Positions 18,272 to 28,673 are shown, counted from the first letter of the stretch. The stretch: DNA of 64,000 nucleotides from Bacteroidetes bacterium MED-G17 (GCA_002457675.1 NTKK01000004.1:27666-91665); one strand, 5' to 3'. A program made the numbers and translations. Notes: generated from the letters alone by a model not told the origin.

Positions 18272-19836
18272 TTCGAACGTAGTGTTATGAATGGAATTAG
18301 CATCTCTTCCATGGATATGCCTCCATGCTGAAAAGTTTGATCATAATATTTAATAAAATGGTTCATATTGTTTGGATAAACCAAAAAATCATTACTCTTC
18401 GCAAATATAAAACTGCTGCTTAGGTTCTTTTGAGGCAATTTGAAATGTCTCGGTTTAGTAGTTTCTGCGACCTCTTTCCTGTTGTAGGATAATTTTTTGC
18501 CTGTTTTGTACCTAAGATTTGTGGATGTCTGTTTATCCCCAATTACTTTCACTGGGTTTTTAACTCGAACAGAACCATGATCTGTTGTTATAACAAGTTT
18601 TACTTTGTGCGCGCTAATTTTTTTAATAAATTCCAACAAAGGAGAATGATCAAACCAAGATTTGGTCAATGACCTATAAGCAACTTCGTCCTCTGCCAGC
18701 TCGCGCATTATCTTGCTGTCGGTTCTAGCATGCGAGAGTGTGTCGACAAAATTATAAACAACAACATTAAATCTTTTGCTCATTAAGTTGTCTGCAATTC
18801 CCACTAGGTGTTTCGCTTGTTCCAAATTGACAATTTTATGATAAGTTCTAGACACATCTTGAAGACCCAAGCGAGCAAAATTTTCATTAAGAAAAACTTG
18901 TTCGTGGTTGTTTTTACCACCTTCTTCTTCGTCATAACTCCATAAGGCAGGGTATTTTTCAGCAATTTCCAAGGGGGTTAAGCCAGCAAAAATTGCATTT
19001 CGACTGTATTGTGTAGTAGTAGGCAATATTGAGAGGAATAAAGATTCTTCATCAACATTAAAAATACTTGATATAGTAGACTGCAAAATTTTCCATTGAT
19101 CATACCTTAAGTTATCCATTAACAAGAAGAAAATAGGTATATCCTCATCATGTTTTTGAATAAGCGGTTTCAACTTTTTTTCAAATAACGTATGGGACAT
19201 TATCGGTGCGTTTTGGTTGCCGAGCGCCAAAAAAGACTCGTATTTTTTTTGAATGAATTTAGAAAATTCTTGATTGGCTTCTTTCTGTTGATTTTCAAAA
19301 ACTTCATCAAAGCCCGTGTCTTTATTTTCCGAAAAGTCTAAATCCCATTTTACTAATTTTTTGTAGATATTAATCCACCCATGGATGTCATTTGTTTCTA
19401 GTAAATCTAAAGAAATCTGTCTAAAGTCTTGTTGATATTCGTTTATAGCCCTCTCGGATTGTATTCGTTTGTTTTCTAGTATCTTCTTTGTTGCTAGCAA
19501 AATCTGATTTGGGTTAACTGGTTTTATAAGATAATCTGCAATTTTTTGGCCTATCGCCTCTTCCATTATCTGTTCCGCTTCGTTTTTTGTAATCATTACC
19601 ACTGGAAGACTTGGTTTATTTTCTTTAATTTTTTTTAATGTCTCAAGTCCACCGATACCTGGCATATTCTCATCTAAAAAAACCAAATCATAATTAGTAG
19701 ATATGCATTTTTGAATAGCATCTAATCCATTATTGACTGTATCAACTTTGAAATTTTTACCTTCCAAAAACAATATATGCGGTTTTAAATGTTCAATTTC
19801 ATCGTCTGCCCACAATATCTTCTTATTTTGCATCAT
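18268..19836 (-). CDS. porX: PorX-like T9SS response regulator (CheY receiver plus PglZ/alkaline-phosphatase-like domain)
   Basis: N-terminus KKILWADDEIEHLKPHILFLEGKNFKVDTVNNGLDAI...LVFLDENMPGIGGLETLKKIK is a CheY receiver very similar to the published PorX N-terminus. It is followed by about 350 aa with PglZ-like character. 522 aa against 518 aa for P. gingivalis PorX. Confidence 0.7.
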   Translation of the reverse strand: MMQNKKILWADDEIEHLKPHILFLEGKNFKVDTVNNGLDAIQKCISTNYDLVFLDENMPGIGGLETLKKIKENKPSLPVVMITKNEAEQIMEEAIGQKIADYLIKPVNPNQILLATKKILENKRIQSERAINEYQQDFRQISLDLLETNDIHGWINIYKKLVKWDLDFSENKDTGFDEVFENQQKEANQEFSKFIQKKYESFLALGNQNAPIMSHTLFEKKLKPLIQKHDEDIPIFFLLMDNLRYDQWKILQSTISSIFNVDEESLFLSILPTTTQYSRNAIFAGLTPLEIAEKYPALWSYDEEEGGKNNHEQVFLNENFARLGLQDVSRTYHKIVNLEQAKHLVGIADNLMSKRFNVVVYNFVDTLSHARTDSKIMRELAEDEVAYRSLTKSWFDHSPLLEFIKKISAHKVKLVITTDHGSVRVKNPVKVIGDKQTSTNLRYKTGKKLSYNRKEVAETTKPRHFKLPQKNLSSSFIFAKSNDFLVYPNNMNHFIKYYDQTFQHGGISMEEMLIPFITLRSK

Positions 19837-19877
19837 AATTAAAAAACAAATTAACTATAAATAGAACACGCTTTGGT

Positions 19878-21110
19878 TTGGCAATAGTATTTCATTCAAA
19901 AAATAAAAGAAAAATTCTCAATGATCCTGTTTACGGTTTTGTGACCATACCCAATGACTTAATATTTGATTTAATTGAAAATAAATTCTTTCAAAGATTA
20001 CGAAGAATAAAACAGTTGGGCTTAAGTAACCTTGTTTATCCTGGCGCATTACATACACGATTCCATCACTGTATCGGGGCAATGAACTTGATGGACCAAT
20101 CTTTAAATATCTTAGAAAGAAAAGGCATTAAAATTTCGCAAGAAGAAAAAGAAGCGGCTCTTGCTGCTATTATATTGCATGATATTGGTCATGGGCCATT
20201 TAGCCATACATTAGAAAATACCATGATCAAGATTCCTCATGAGCAAATTTCCATCGCATTCATGAAAAGACTTAATGAGGAATTTAATGGCAAATTATCC
20301 TTAGCGATTTCAATTTTTTTGAATGAATACCATAAAAAGTTTTTACATCAATTAATAAGCAGTCAACTAGATGTAGATAGATTGGATTATTTAAGAAGGG
20401 ACAGCTTTTACACAGGAGTTTCTGAGGGGATTATTAGTTATGAGAGAATTATCAACATGCTTAATGTACACAACAACGAATTAGTTGTTGAAGAAAAGGG
20501 AATCTATAGCATTGAAAAATTTATAGTGGCCAGAAGACTAATGTATTGGCAAGTATATTTACATAAAACAACTGTTGCCGCAGATGAAATTTTAAAAAAA
20601 GCGCTAAAACGAGCAAAGGAACTTAGCAATATTGGGCATGATTTGCCCGCTTCGACAAGTTTTAAGTTTTTTCTTGAAAATAATTTCGATGCGAGTAGTT
20701 TATCCAATACCAATGTGGTTGAAAAATTCGCACTTTTAGATGATTCCGATGTCATTTCTGCATTGAAAGAGTGGACTATTTACGATGACGATATACTAAA
20801 AACTCTGAGCATCAATATGATCAATAGAAAACTGCCGCATATTTTATTTGGTGAACAGCAGTGTACGGATAAAGTGGTTGATAACATCCTGAATGAACTC
20901 AAAGAACAAGGTTTCAATAAAAAAGAGATAGCTTATTATACAAGCTTAGGGAGTGTGGAAAATGAAGCCTACAAACATTCAGGTAATGAAATAAAAATAC
21001 TCCGAAAAAATGGTGATATTGAAGATATCGCAGAAGCTTCAGACAATTACAATATTCATGCGCTCAAAGACACTGTAAAAAAACCTTTTTTTATTTTTCC
21101 ACGCAGGTAA
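19878..21110 (+). CDS. HD-domain phosphohydrolase family protein
   Basis: HD motif LHTRFHHCIGAMNL...ILHDIGHGPFSH. It sits immediately upstream of lpxD, as is common in Bacteroidota. Confidence 0.75.
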   Translation: MAIVFHSKNKRKILNDPVYGFVTIPNDLIFDLIENKFFQRLRRIKQLGLSNLVYPGALHTRFHHCIGAMNLMDQSLNILERKGIKISQEEKEAALAAIILHDIGHGPFSHTLENTMIKIPHEQISIAFMKRLNEEFNGKLSLAISIFLNEYHKKFLHQLISSQLDVDRLDYLRRDSFYTGVSEGIISYERIINMLNVHNNELVVEEKGIYSIEKFIVARRLMYWQVYLHKTTVAADEILKKALKRAKELSNIGHDLPASTSFKFFLENNFDASSLSNTNVVEKFALLDDSDVISALKEWTIYDDDILKTLSINMINRKLPHILFGEQQCTDKVVDNILNELKEQGFNKKEIAYYTSLGSVENEAYKHSGNEIKILRKNGDIEDIAEASDNYNIHALKDTVKKPFFIFPRR

Positions 21111-21146
21111 AAATTACATGCAATTAAAACAAAATATATTTGCCTT

Positions 21147-22169
21147 ATGGTTCAAGTAACCGCCAGAGAAATAGCAGAGATTGTTGAAGGGGAAATTTTT
21201 GGAAAAGAAGACGTTATAGTTTCCAAAGCCTCTAAGATTGAAGATGCTGACCCTGAATCCATTTGTTTCTTAGCAAATACAAAGTATGAAAACCATCTTT
21301 ACAACACGCAGGCAAGTATTGTGGTAGTAGACAATAACTTTGAACCTAAAAAGTCTATAAAGTCAACCTTAATAAAGGTAAGCAGCGCTTACCTTTCCTT
21401 TGCAAAAATTTTAGAGCATTTTTTTAATCCTTACAACAATTTAAAGGGAATTCATAGTAAGCATATTGCCAAAAGTGCAGCAATAGGCGAAAACGTTTAT
21501 ATAGGCGCTAATGTGGTTATTGAACCAGATGTTACTATTGGTAACAACACCAAAATACTGGCAAATGCTTTTATTGGAAAGGGGTCTTCTATCGGGCAAA
21601 ATTGCGTGTTATATGCCGGCGTGAGCTTATATCATGATGTAAAATTAGGTAATGAATGTATTATTCACAGTGGTGTCGTAATTGGTTCTGACGGTTTTGG
21701 TCACGCACCCATGCCAGACGGCTCCTATTATAAAATCCCTCAAGTTGGCAACGTGATCATTGAAGACAAAGTGGAAATTGGCGCAAACTGCACCATTGAC
21801 AGAGCAACGATGGGTAGCACTATCATTAAAAAAGGAACCAAGTTAGACAACCTAGTTCAAATAGCTCATAATGTAGAATTGGGGAAAAATATTGTAATCG
21901 CCGCTCAAGCGGGGGTTGCAGGGAGTTCAAAAATTGGAAACAATAGTATGATTGGTGGTCAAGCAGGAATTGCTGGACATATCATTATTGCTGATGGAAG
22001 TCAACTTGCTGCACAAAGTGGATTTAGCAAAAGTATTACTGAAAAAAATAAAAAATACTTTGGTAGTCCCGCAATGCCTTTAACAGATTTTTTCAAGTCA
22101 TTTGCGTTATTTAAAAAATTGCCACAAATAGAAAAAAGACTAAGTAAGTTGGAAAAAAATAAAAGATGA
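21147..22169 (+). CDS. lpxD: UDP-3-O-(3-hydroxyacyl)glucosamine N-acyltransferase
   Basis: N-terminal LpxD domain followed by a long run of left-handed beta-helix hexapeptide repeats (IGxNxxIxxGxxIGxxxxI). First gene of the lpxD-lpxC/fabZ-lpxA block. Confidence 0.85.
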   Translation: MVQVTAREIAEIVEGEIFGKEDVIVSKASKIEDADPESICFLANTKYENHLYNTQASIVVVDNNFEPKKSIKSTLIKVSSAYLSFAKILEHFFNPYNNLKGIHSKHIAKSAAIGENVYIGANVVIEPDVTIGNNTKILANAFIGKGSSIGQNCVLYAGVSLYHDVKLGNECIIHSGVVIGSDGFGHAPMPDGSYYKIPQVGNVIIEDKVEIGANCTIDRATMGSTIIKKGTKLDNLVQIAHNVELGKNIVIAAQAGVAGSSKIGNNSMIGGQAGIAGHIIIADGSQLAAQSGFSKSITEKNKKYFGSPAMPLTDFFKSFALFKKLPQIEKRLSKLEKNKR

Positions 22170-23581
22170 CAAATACTAACCCTTTTCAAAAAACCCTCAA
22201 AGAAACCCTTAGTATCGAAGGTGTTGGCCTTCATACAGGTAAATCTGTAAGCCTTAACATCATGCCAGCAAGCGAAAACCATGGATTCAAATTTCGCAGA
22301 ACAGATTTGTTACAAAGTCCAATTATCGAAGTATTTGCTGAACATGTAATTGACACATCTCGAGGAACTAAACTGCAGCAAAATGGAGCTACAATTGGAA
22401 CCATAGAGCACCTAATGGCAGCTTTGGTAGGATTCGGAATAGACAATGCCCTTATTGAAGTAGACAATGAAGAAATGCCTATTTTAGATGGTAGTTCATT
22501 GCCATATATAGAAAACTTTAAAAAAATTGGTATAGAAAATCAACGGATAGAAAAAAAGTATTTTGAAGTCCCGAACAACATAATTTTTCGCGACGAACAA
22601 AATAAAATAGAGATGATTGCAATGCCCTTGGATGACTACAGACTTACTGTAATGGTTGATTATAACTCACCAATTTTGGGCAGTCAACACGCTTCTATTA
22701 CAGATTTGACAGAATTTGAAAAGGAAATTGCGCCTAGCAGAACTTTTTGCTTTTGGCATGAATTAGAGCTTCTACATAAAAATGGTTTAATTAAAGGTGG
22801 TGATTTAGACAATGCAATTGTAATTGTTGATAAGGAAATTTCGAAAAAAGAAATGGAGGCAATGTCCAAATTATTTAAAAAACCGTCCTTAAGCATTAGA
22901 AAAGAAGGTATCCTAGATAACATAGAATTGAGATATCAAAATGAACCCGCTAGACACAAACTTTTAGATTTGATAGGAGACCTTGCGTTGGTAGGCAGTC
23001 CGCTAAAAGCCCAGATTTTGGCTGCAAGACCTGGCCATAAAGCCAATGTGGAATTTGCCAAAAAAATTAGGCAAACGCAACAAAGTATTACTTTACATAA
23101 AGTAAAAAAGTCAAATGTTCCAGAATACAACCCTGATCAGGCACCTCAATATACCTACAAAGAAGTTCAGAAAATACTTCCTCATAAATTTCCATTTTTA
23201 TTGGTAGATAAAATATTAAGTATAAAAGAAAATGTCATAACTGCTATAAAAAACGTAACAGGAGATGAATATTTTTTTCAAGGACACTTTCCTGACGAAC
23301 CTATAATGCCCGGAGTATTACAATTAGAAGCGATGGCACAAGTAGGTGGAGTGCTCATTCTACACGACAAACCAAATCCAGAAAAATGGAGTACCTACTT
23401 TGCCAAAATAGAAAATGCAAAATTCAAAGGAAAAGTTGTTCCCGGTGATAGCTTAATCATTCAAATGGTTCTTATTGCGCCAATTAGAAGGGGTATTTGC
23501 TTTATGAAAGGAAAAACCTATGTAGGTAGTCAACTTGTATCAGAGGCCGATATGACCGCACAAGTGATAGAAAACAAATAA
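22166..23581 (+). CDS. lpxC/fabZ: bifunctional UDP-3-O-acyl-GlcNAc deacetylase / 3-hydroxyacyl-ACP dehydratase (LpxC-FabZ fusion)
   Basis: LpxC N-terminal region (TLKETLSIEGVGLHTGKSVSLNIMPASENHGFKFRRTD). C-terminal FabZ hot-dog (ILPHKFPFLLVDKIL...GHFPDEPIMPGVLQLEAMAQVGG). This fusion is typical of Bacteroidota. Confidence 0.9.
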   Translation: MTNTNPFQKTLKETLSIEGVGLHTGKSVSLNIMPASENHGFKFRRTDLLQSPIIEVFAEHVIDTSRGTKLQQNGATIGTIEHLMAALVGFGIDNALIEVDNEEMPILDGSSLPYIENFKKIGIENQRIEKKYFEVPNNIIFRDEQNKIEMIAMPLDDYRLTVMVDYNSPILGSQHASITDLTEFEKEIAPSRTFCFWHELELLHKNGLIKGGDLDNAIVIVDKEISKKEMEAMSKLFKKPSLSIRKEGILDNIELRYQNEPARHKLLDLIGDLALVGSPLKAQILAARPGHKANVEFAKKIRQTQQSITLHKVKKSNVPEYNPDQAPQYTYKEVQKILPHKFPFLLVDKILSIKENVITAIKNVTGDEYFFQGHFPDEPIMPGVLQLEAMAQVGGVLILHDKPNPEKWSTYFAKIENAKFKGKVVPGDSLIIQMVLIAPIRRGICFMKGKTYVGSQLVSEADMTAQVIENK

Positions 23582-23625
23582 GTTAAATTAGGGGATTGTA
23601 CAATAAATAGTGTTATAAAAAATAA

Positions 23626-24411
23626 ATGATTCAACCTTTAGCCTACGTAAATCCAGAAGCCAAAATAGCCGACAATGTAGTGATCGAACCTTTTGTTACC
23701 ATTCACAAAAATGTGGTTATAGAAGAAGGATCATGGATTGGATCGAACGTCACTATCATGGAAGGTGCAAGAATTGGGAAAAATTGCAGAATATTTCCAG
23801 GTGCTGTAGTATCGGCCATACCGCAAGATTTGAAATTTGAAGGAGAAAATTCTGTTTTGGAGGTGGGTAATAACGTTACTATTAGAGAATGCGTAACATT
23901 AAATAGAGGAACAAAAGCAATGGGAAAAACGAAAATTGGTGATCATTGCCTCATCATGGCTTATGTGCATGTAGCGCATGACTGCATGGTAGGCGATAAT
24001 GTTATCTTAGCCAATGGGGTTCAACTTGCTGGTCATGTTGAAATTGATGACCATACCATTCTTGGTGGACTTTCCGCTGTTCATCAATTCGTAAAAATTG
24101 GCAAACATTGCATGATTTCCGGGGGATCTTTGGTGCGAAAGGATGTTCCACCTTACAGCAAAGCTGGAAGAGAACCCTTAGGTTATGAAGGGGTCAATTC
24201 TGTAGGCTTAAGGAGGCGGGGTTATGATTCAAAAACAATAAATTTAATACAAGATGTTTACCGATGGCTTTTTCTTAGAGGGTTAAACAACACTCAGGCA
24301 CTGAGGAAAATTGAAGAAGTAGTTGAATTAACAAAAGAAAGAGACGAAATCATTCAGTTCATAAAAGACTCAGACAGAGGGATTATGAAAGGTTTTATTA
24401 CCCACAAATAG
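23626..24411 (+). CDS. lpxA: acyl-ACP:UDP-GlcNAc O-acyltransferase
   Basis: MIQPLAYVNPEAKIADNVVIEPFVTI plus hexapeptide repeats and the LpxA C-terminal helical domain. 261 aa. Confidence 0.9.
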   Translation: MIQPLAYVNPEAKIADNVVIEPFVTIHKNVVIEEGSWIGSNVTIMEGARIGKNCRIFPGAVVSAIPQDLKFEGENSVLEVGNNVTIRECVTLNRGTKAMGKTKIGDHCLIMAYVHVAHDCMVGDNVILANGVQLAGHVEIDDHTILGGLSAVHQFVKIGKHCMISGGSLVRKDVPPYSKAGREPLGYEGVNSVGLRRRGYDSKTINLIQDVYRWLFLRGLNNTQALRKIEEVVELTKERDEIIQFIKDSDRGIMKGFITHK

Positions 24412-24412
24412 T

Positions 24413-25006
24413 GTGGAGATAACGCTTACAGATATCAGCAAGAAATTTGGTAAACACCAAATAATCAAAAATTTTAGTTATTCATTTGGCGGGAGTAGTA
24501 ATTACATCGTTTGTGGGAAGAATGGTTCGGGCAAAAGCACCTTGCTAAAATTGATTTCTAAATGGATGTCGCCCAATGACGGTAAAATAACGTGGAATGG
24601 CGCAGATGCTACGAAGGAAGAAGAGCTAATTTCCTTTGCAGCACCTTATATAGAACTGCCAGAAACATCAACTGTTCAAGAGATTGTATCTCTTCATTTT
24701 AAAATCAGAAAGATGTTAGAAAAACAAACTGCCCTTTTCGATTTACCTTTTATAAAAAGTAACAAAAACAAAACATATCAAGATTTATCAAGTGGCATGA
24801 AACAGAAATTAAAATTAATTCTATGCCTCTTTTCAGATGCTCAATTGTACCTGCTTGACGAACCTAGCACAAATTTGGATGCAAGGGGTGTTGAAGATTA
24901 TAAGGAAATGTTGAAGATATTGCCAGAAAAAAGGATCTTAATTATTGCATCAAACGAAGAAAAAGATTATAATTTTTTACCAAATTATAAAGTGATTCAA
25001 CTTTAA
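24413..25006 (+). CDS. short ABC-type ATPase (GTG start)
   Basis: Walker A GKNGSGKSTLLKLI, signature LSSGMKQKL, Walker B LYLLDEP. Only 197 aa. The position where the H-loop His is expected reads ILIIASNEE. Confidence 0.65.
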   Translation: MEITLTDISKKFGKHQIIKNFSYSFGGSSNYIVCGKNGSGKSTLLKLISKWMSPNDGKITWNGADATKEEELISFAAPYIELPETSTVQEIVSLHFKIRKMLEKQTALFDLPFIKSNKNKTYQDLSSGMKQKLKLILCLFSDAQLYLLDEPSTNLDARGVEDYKEMLKILPEKRILIIASNEEKDYNFLPNYKVIQL

Positions 25007-25084
25007 GGCGGATTTTAATGCCAAGAAAAAGTTATTTAATCCAATTTTCTTTTTGCAATTACCGAATCATTATACATTTGGAGA

Positions 25085-27919
25085 ATGTTTCATAAAAATT
25101 CACTTATTGCTTGGCTATTTTTATTGCCAATAAGCGCATTCTCCCAATTTGAAATTTTAGAGAAAGTAGAAAAAAATGACAATCCTTACATCATACCCTA
25201 CACAAAGTATAAATTGTTGTCAAATGACCTAACGCTAATTATTCACGAAGACCACTCAGATCCAATTGCACATGTTCAAGTTTCTTACCATGTTGGTTCT
25301 GCAAGAGAAAGCGTAAGAAACTCAGGCTTTGCACACTTCTTTGAGCATATGATGTTTCAAGGATCGAAAAATGTAGAAGATGAGGAGCATTTTAAAATAA
25401 TCAGTGAAGCAGGTGGAACCAACAATGCGTTTACTTCTTTTGATAAGACTGTTTATTTTGAAACCGCACCTTCTAATCTTACAGAAACAATGCTTTGGCT
25501 TGAAGCAGACAGGATGGGAACCCACTTGGAAGGTTTTACTGAAAAAAAATTCAACAACCAAAGAGATGCAGTAAAAAACGAAAAACGTCAGAGATATGAC
25601 AACCAGCCATATGGTATGTTAAATGAAGAGTTATTTAAAACATTATTTACAAATCATCCATATGAATGGACTCCCATTGGCTTTGTTGATGATTTAGACA
25701 TTGCATCATTCAATGATTTGAAAAACTTCTTTCTTAGGTGGTATGGGCCAAATAATGCAATCCTTACAGTTTCTGGCGATGTTAATCCAGAAGAAGTAAA
25801 GCAATGGGTAAATAAATATTTTGGTGGAATTCAGAAAGGGCCAGAAGTAAGAAAACAAAGAGCACCAAGACCTATTCTTCCAAATAATCAATACCGAGAA
25901 ATCAAGGACAATATCTTTCTCCCTTTAAATGTTTATGCCTACCCTACTGTTCCTGTATATCATAAAGACGAACCTGCATTAGACATTTTGTCTTATATCA
26001 TTGGCGGGTCAAATAACTCCATTTTATACAAAAACCTTGTAAAAACTAAAGATGCTGTTCAAGCATCTTGCTCTCACTTTTCGCTTGAGTTATCAGGTGT
26101 ATTTTCAATCAATGTTGTAAGCAGTTACAATGGATTAAGCAGAAGTGAAATTGAAGAAAAAGTTATGGCGTGTTTCGAGGAGTTTGAAAAAAACGGAATC
26201 CCAGAAGATGCATTAAAAATGGCCAAAAATTCTTTTAGAGCAGGTTATATCTCATCGTTGGAATCTATTAGTGGTCGTTCACTTATTATAGCCGATTGGA
26301 ATACGCTGCTTAACAAAAAGTGGAATGGCGAAGATGAAATTAATCGATATAAGAATGTAACAAATGAAGATATCTTGAATGCTTACAAGAGATATATTAA
26401 GGGGAAGAAATTTGTAAATATAAGTGTTGTACGAGACAACAATATTCAAGAGGATGGTAAAAAGGAAAAGTCGAAAAGTATTAATCCACATGCAGGAGAA
26501 GCTAAAAAGACAGATCCACAATATCTAAACCTTACTTACAACCCACCTAAAGACAACTTTGATAGAAGCATTCGACCTGAAATCAAAATGCAAGCTGAAG
26601 GTAGCGTATTGTCAGTCCCAAACTACTATACACAGACATTTGAGAATGGTCTACAATTAATTGGAGCAGAAAGCAATGAAGTTCCTATGGTTTATGTTAG
26701 TCTTGATATTGAAGGTGGCCACCTTCTTGAGGATGGGAAAAAAGTAAAAACAGGCGTTTCTGCACTAACTTCCTACATGATGGGGGAAGGAACAAAAGAA
26801 TTAAGCACAGAAGAATTTTCTAAACAAATTGACTTATTGGGCGCAAATCTTTATTATTCTTCGGGCAGCACACAAAGCGGTGCTTTTCTTTCCTGTCCAA
26901 TTGAAAATTTTGACGCTGCCCTTCGCCTCTTTAAAGAAAGTTTATTCAATCCAAGATTTGATGAAGAGGATTTTGAAAGAATAAAGAACCAAGCGCTTGA
27001 AAGTGTTAAAACTCAAAAAACAAGCCCAAATACTATGGCAAACAAGGCATTTAACAAATTAATTTGGGGAAAGAATACACTTGGAACCTACTACACCGGT
27101 ACCTATAAAGACATCAAAAAAGTCACATTAAACGATGTCAAAGAATTTTATAAGAAGTATTACTCTCCCAACATTTCGCGAATGATAGTTGTAGGAAATA
27201 TCGCTCAAGACGTTGCCCTTAGTAAGCTTAATTTTTTCTCGAATTGGAAAAATACAAATGTTACAATTCCTAATACCGGAAAACAAATTCAACCAGAGAA
27301 AACAAAAATTTACCTTATAGATAAACCTTATGCAGCGCAAAGTAGGATTGTTGCGGGCTTCCCAGCTCCAAAATTTGACTATAATGGTGAACATTTTAAA
27401 TGCGACATGATGAACTTCAGCTTAGGTGGTGCATTCAACAGCAGAATCAATTTAAACCTTAGAGAAGATAAAGGTTATACCTATGGCGCTAGAGCAGGCT
27501 TTACTGGCAACAAAGAGTATGGAATTTATCGTTTCTCTTCAGATGTTAAGAAACGTGCAACAGACTCATCTATCGTAGAGCTGGTTAAAGAAATCACAAA
27601 TTTTAGAAACAATGGTATTACTGATGAGGAACTTCGTTTCACAAAAAAAGCACTCATTCTTAGTGAAGCACTTAATTATGAAACTCCATTCAAAAAACTA
27701 AACTTTCTCAGTTCTATACTAGAATACGATATGCCTAAGAACTACCCTAGCATTCAAAAACAAATTGTAGAAAATATAAGTAAGTCTGAAATAAATAAGG
27801 CTGCTAAGGAATATTTGAAGCCCGAAAATATGATTATCGTGGTAGTAGGACATGCTTATAAAATAAAACCAAGTCTAGAAAAACTAGGTTTTGAGATTGT
27901 TGAAATGGAAGTAGAATAG
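25085..27919 (+). CDS. M16-family (pitrilysin-like) zinc peptidase, tandem M16 units, secreted
   Basis: Signal peptide and the inverted zinc motif HFFEHMMFQGS (HxxEH). The second half repeats the M16 fold without a metal site. 944 aa. Confidence 0.85.
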   Translation: MFHKNSLIAWLFLLPISAFSQFEILEKVEKNDNPYIIPYTKYKLLSNDLTLIIHEDHSDPIAHVQVSYHVGSARESVRNSGFAHFFEHMMFQGSKNVEDEEHFKIISEAGGTNNAFTSFDKTVYFETAPSNLTETMLWLEADRMGTHLEGFTEKKFNNQRDAVKNEKRQRYDNQPYGMLNEELFKTLFTNHPYEWTPIGFVDDLDIASFNDLKNFFLRWYGPNNAILTVSGDVNPEEVKQWVNKYFGGIQKGPEVRKQRAPRPILPNNQYREIKDNIFLPLNVYAYPTVPVYHKDEPALDILSYIIGGSNNSILYKNLVKTKDAVQASCSHFSLELSGVFSINVVSSYNGLSRSEIEEKVMACFEEFEKNGIPEDALKMAKNSFRAGYISSLESISGRSLIIADWNTLLNKKWNGEDEINRYKNVTNEDILNAYKRYIKGKKFVNISVVRDNNIQEDGKKEKSKSINPHAGEAKKTDPQYLNLTYNPPKDNFDRSIRPEIKMQAEGSVLSVPNYYTQTFENGLQLIGAESNEVPMVYVSLDIEGGHLLEDGKKVKTGVSALTSYMMGEGTKELSTEEFSKQIDLLGANLYYSSGSTQSGAFLSCPIENFDAALRLFKESLFNPRFDEEDFERIKNQALESVKTQKTSPNTMANKAFNKLIWGKNTLGTYYTGTYKDIKKVTLNDVKEFYKKYYSPNISRMIVVGNIAQDVALSKLNFFSNWKNTNVTIPNTGKQIQPEKTKIYLIDKPYAAQSRIVAGFPAPKFDYNGEHFKCDMMNFSLGGAFNSRINLNLREDKGYTYGARAGFTGNKEYGIYRFSSDVKKRATDSSIVELVKEITNFRNNGITDEELRFTKKALILSEALNYETPFKKLNFLSSILEYDMPKNYPSIQKQIVENISKSEINKAAKEYLKPENMIIVVVGHAYKIKPSLEKLGFEIVEMEVE

Positions 27920-27941
27920 ATTTTAATTTTCCAAATAAAAT

Positions 27942-27958
27942 AGCCGCTAAGCGTGGCT
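27942..27958. terminator. weak candidate bidirectional terminator hairpin between convergent genes
   Basis: AGCCGC taa GCGtGGCT: a 6-bp stem with a 1-nt bulge and a 3-nt loop, flanked by A/T-rich runs. Weak. Confidence 0.25.
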
Positions 27959-27962
27959 TTAA

Positions 27963-28673
27963 TTATAGAATAACCTCCATATTTTTAACCTTTGGAATAA
28001 TTGATGTGCTGTTTTGTTCAAAACAAATTTGTATATCCTCATTTTTGAATTTTGTTTTAAGCCTTTTTGGATGTTCACAAGTTAGCATGTATTTATAAAG
28101 ATTGTTCTTTTCTTTCGAATAAACAGATTTGGCAATTTTTGAACTGTCATCTAAATGCCATGATTTTGTTTGAAGATTACTTATTACGGCGCCCGCAAAG
28201 AGCGTATCTTCCATGTTTACCCTACCCTTCCACCCTGCACAAAATAAAATAATGTCTCTACTCCCATTCGATATTCTATTTGCTAAAGCTTGTAAATTAT
28301 GAAATGAACCAATCAAAACTTCTGAAGCGCTTTCAGACATTTTCATCACTTTTGTACCATTTGTGGTGGTTATGACCACTTTTTTCCCTTTGAGAGGTGC
28401 ATTTCGTATTTCATAAGGGCTGTTCCCAAAATCAAAGCCTTTCACCTTCATCCCGTTTCTTTCACCGATAGCTAAAAAATCATTTTTTTCTTTTAAGGAC
28501 AAGGCGTGTTCTACGTCATCTGTAGCTAAAATTTTTGAAACATCCTTCGATGCCAAAGTAGTTATAGTGCTTGTTGCACGAAGTATGTCAATGATTACAA
28601 CAACCTTCTCTTGGAAGGAGAATAAGTCTGCAAGATTAGCACCCAAGACGGTTTCAATATTTACCATATACAT
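27963..28673 (-). CDS. 2-phosphosulfolactate phosphatase (ComB) family protein
   Basis: VVIIDILRATSTITTLAS...GFDFGNSPYEI...KKVVITTTNGTKVMK is collinear with B. subtilis ComB (AVVIDMLRATSVITTAL...GFDFSNSPMEY...TLIMTTTNGTRAIK). Start placed at the internal MYMVN rather than the track start. Confidence 0.7.
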   Translation of the reverse strand: MYMVNIETVLGANLADLFSFQEKVVVIIDILRATSTITTLASKDVSKILATDDVEHALSLKEKNDFLAIGERNGMKVKGFDFGNSPYEIRNAPLKGKKVVITTTNGTKVMKMSESASEVLIGSFHNLQALANRISNGSRDIILFCAGWKGRVNMEDTLFAGAVISNLQTKSWHLDDSSKIAKSVYSKEKNNLYKYMLTCEHPKRLKTKFKNEDIQICFEQNSTSIIPKVKNMEVIL

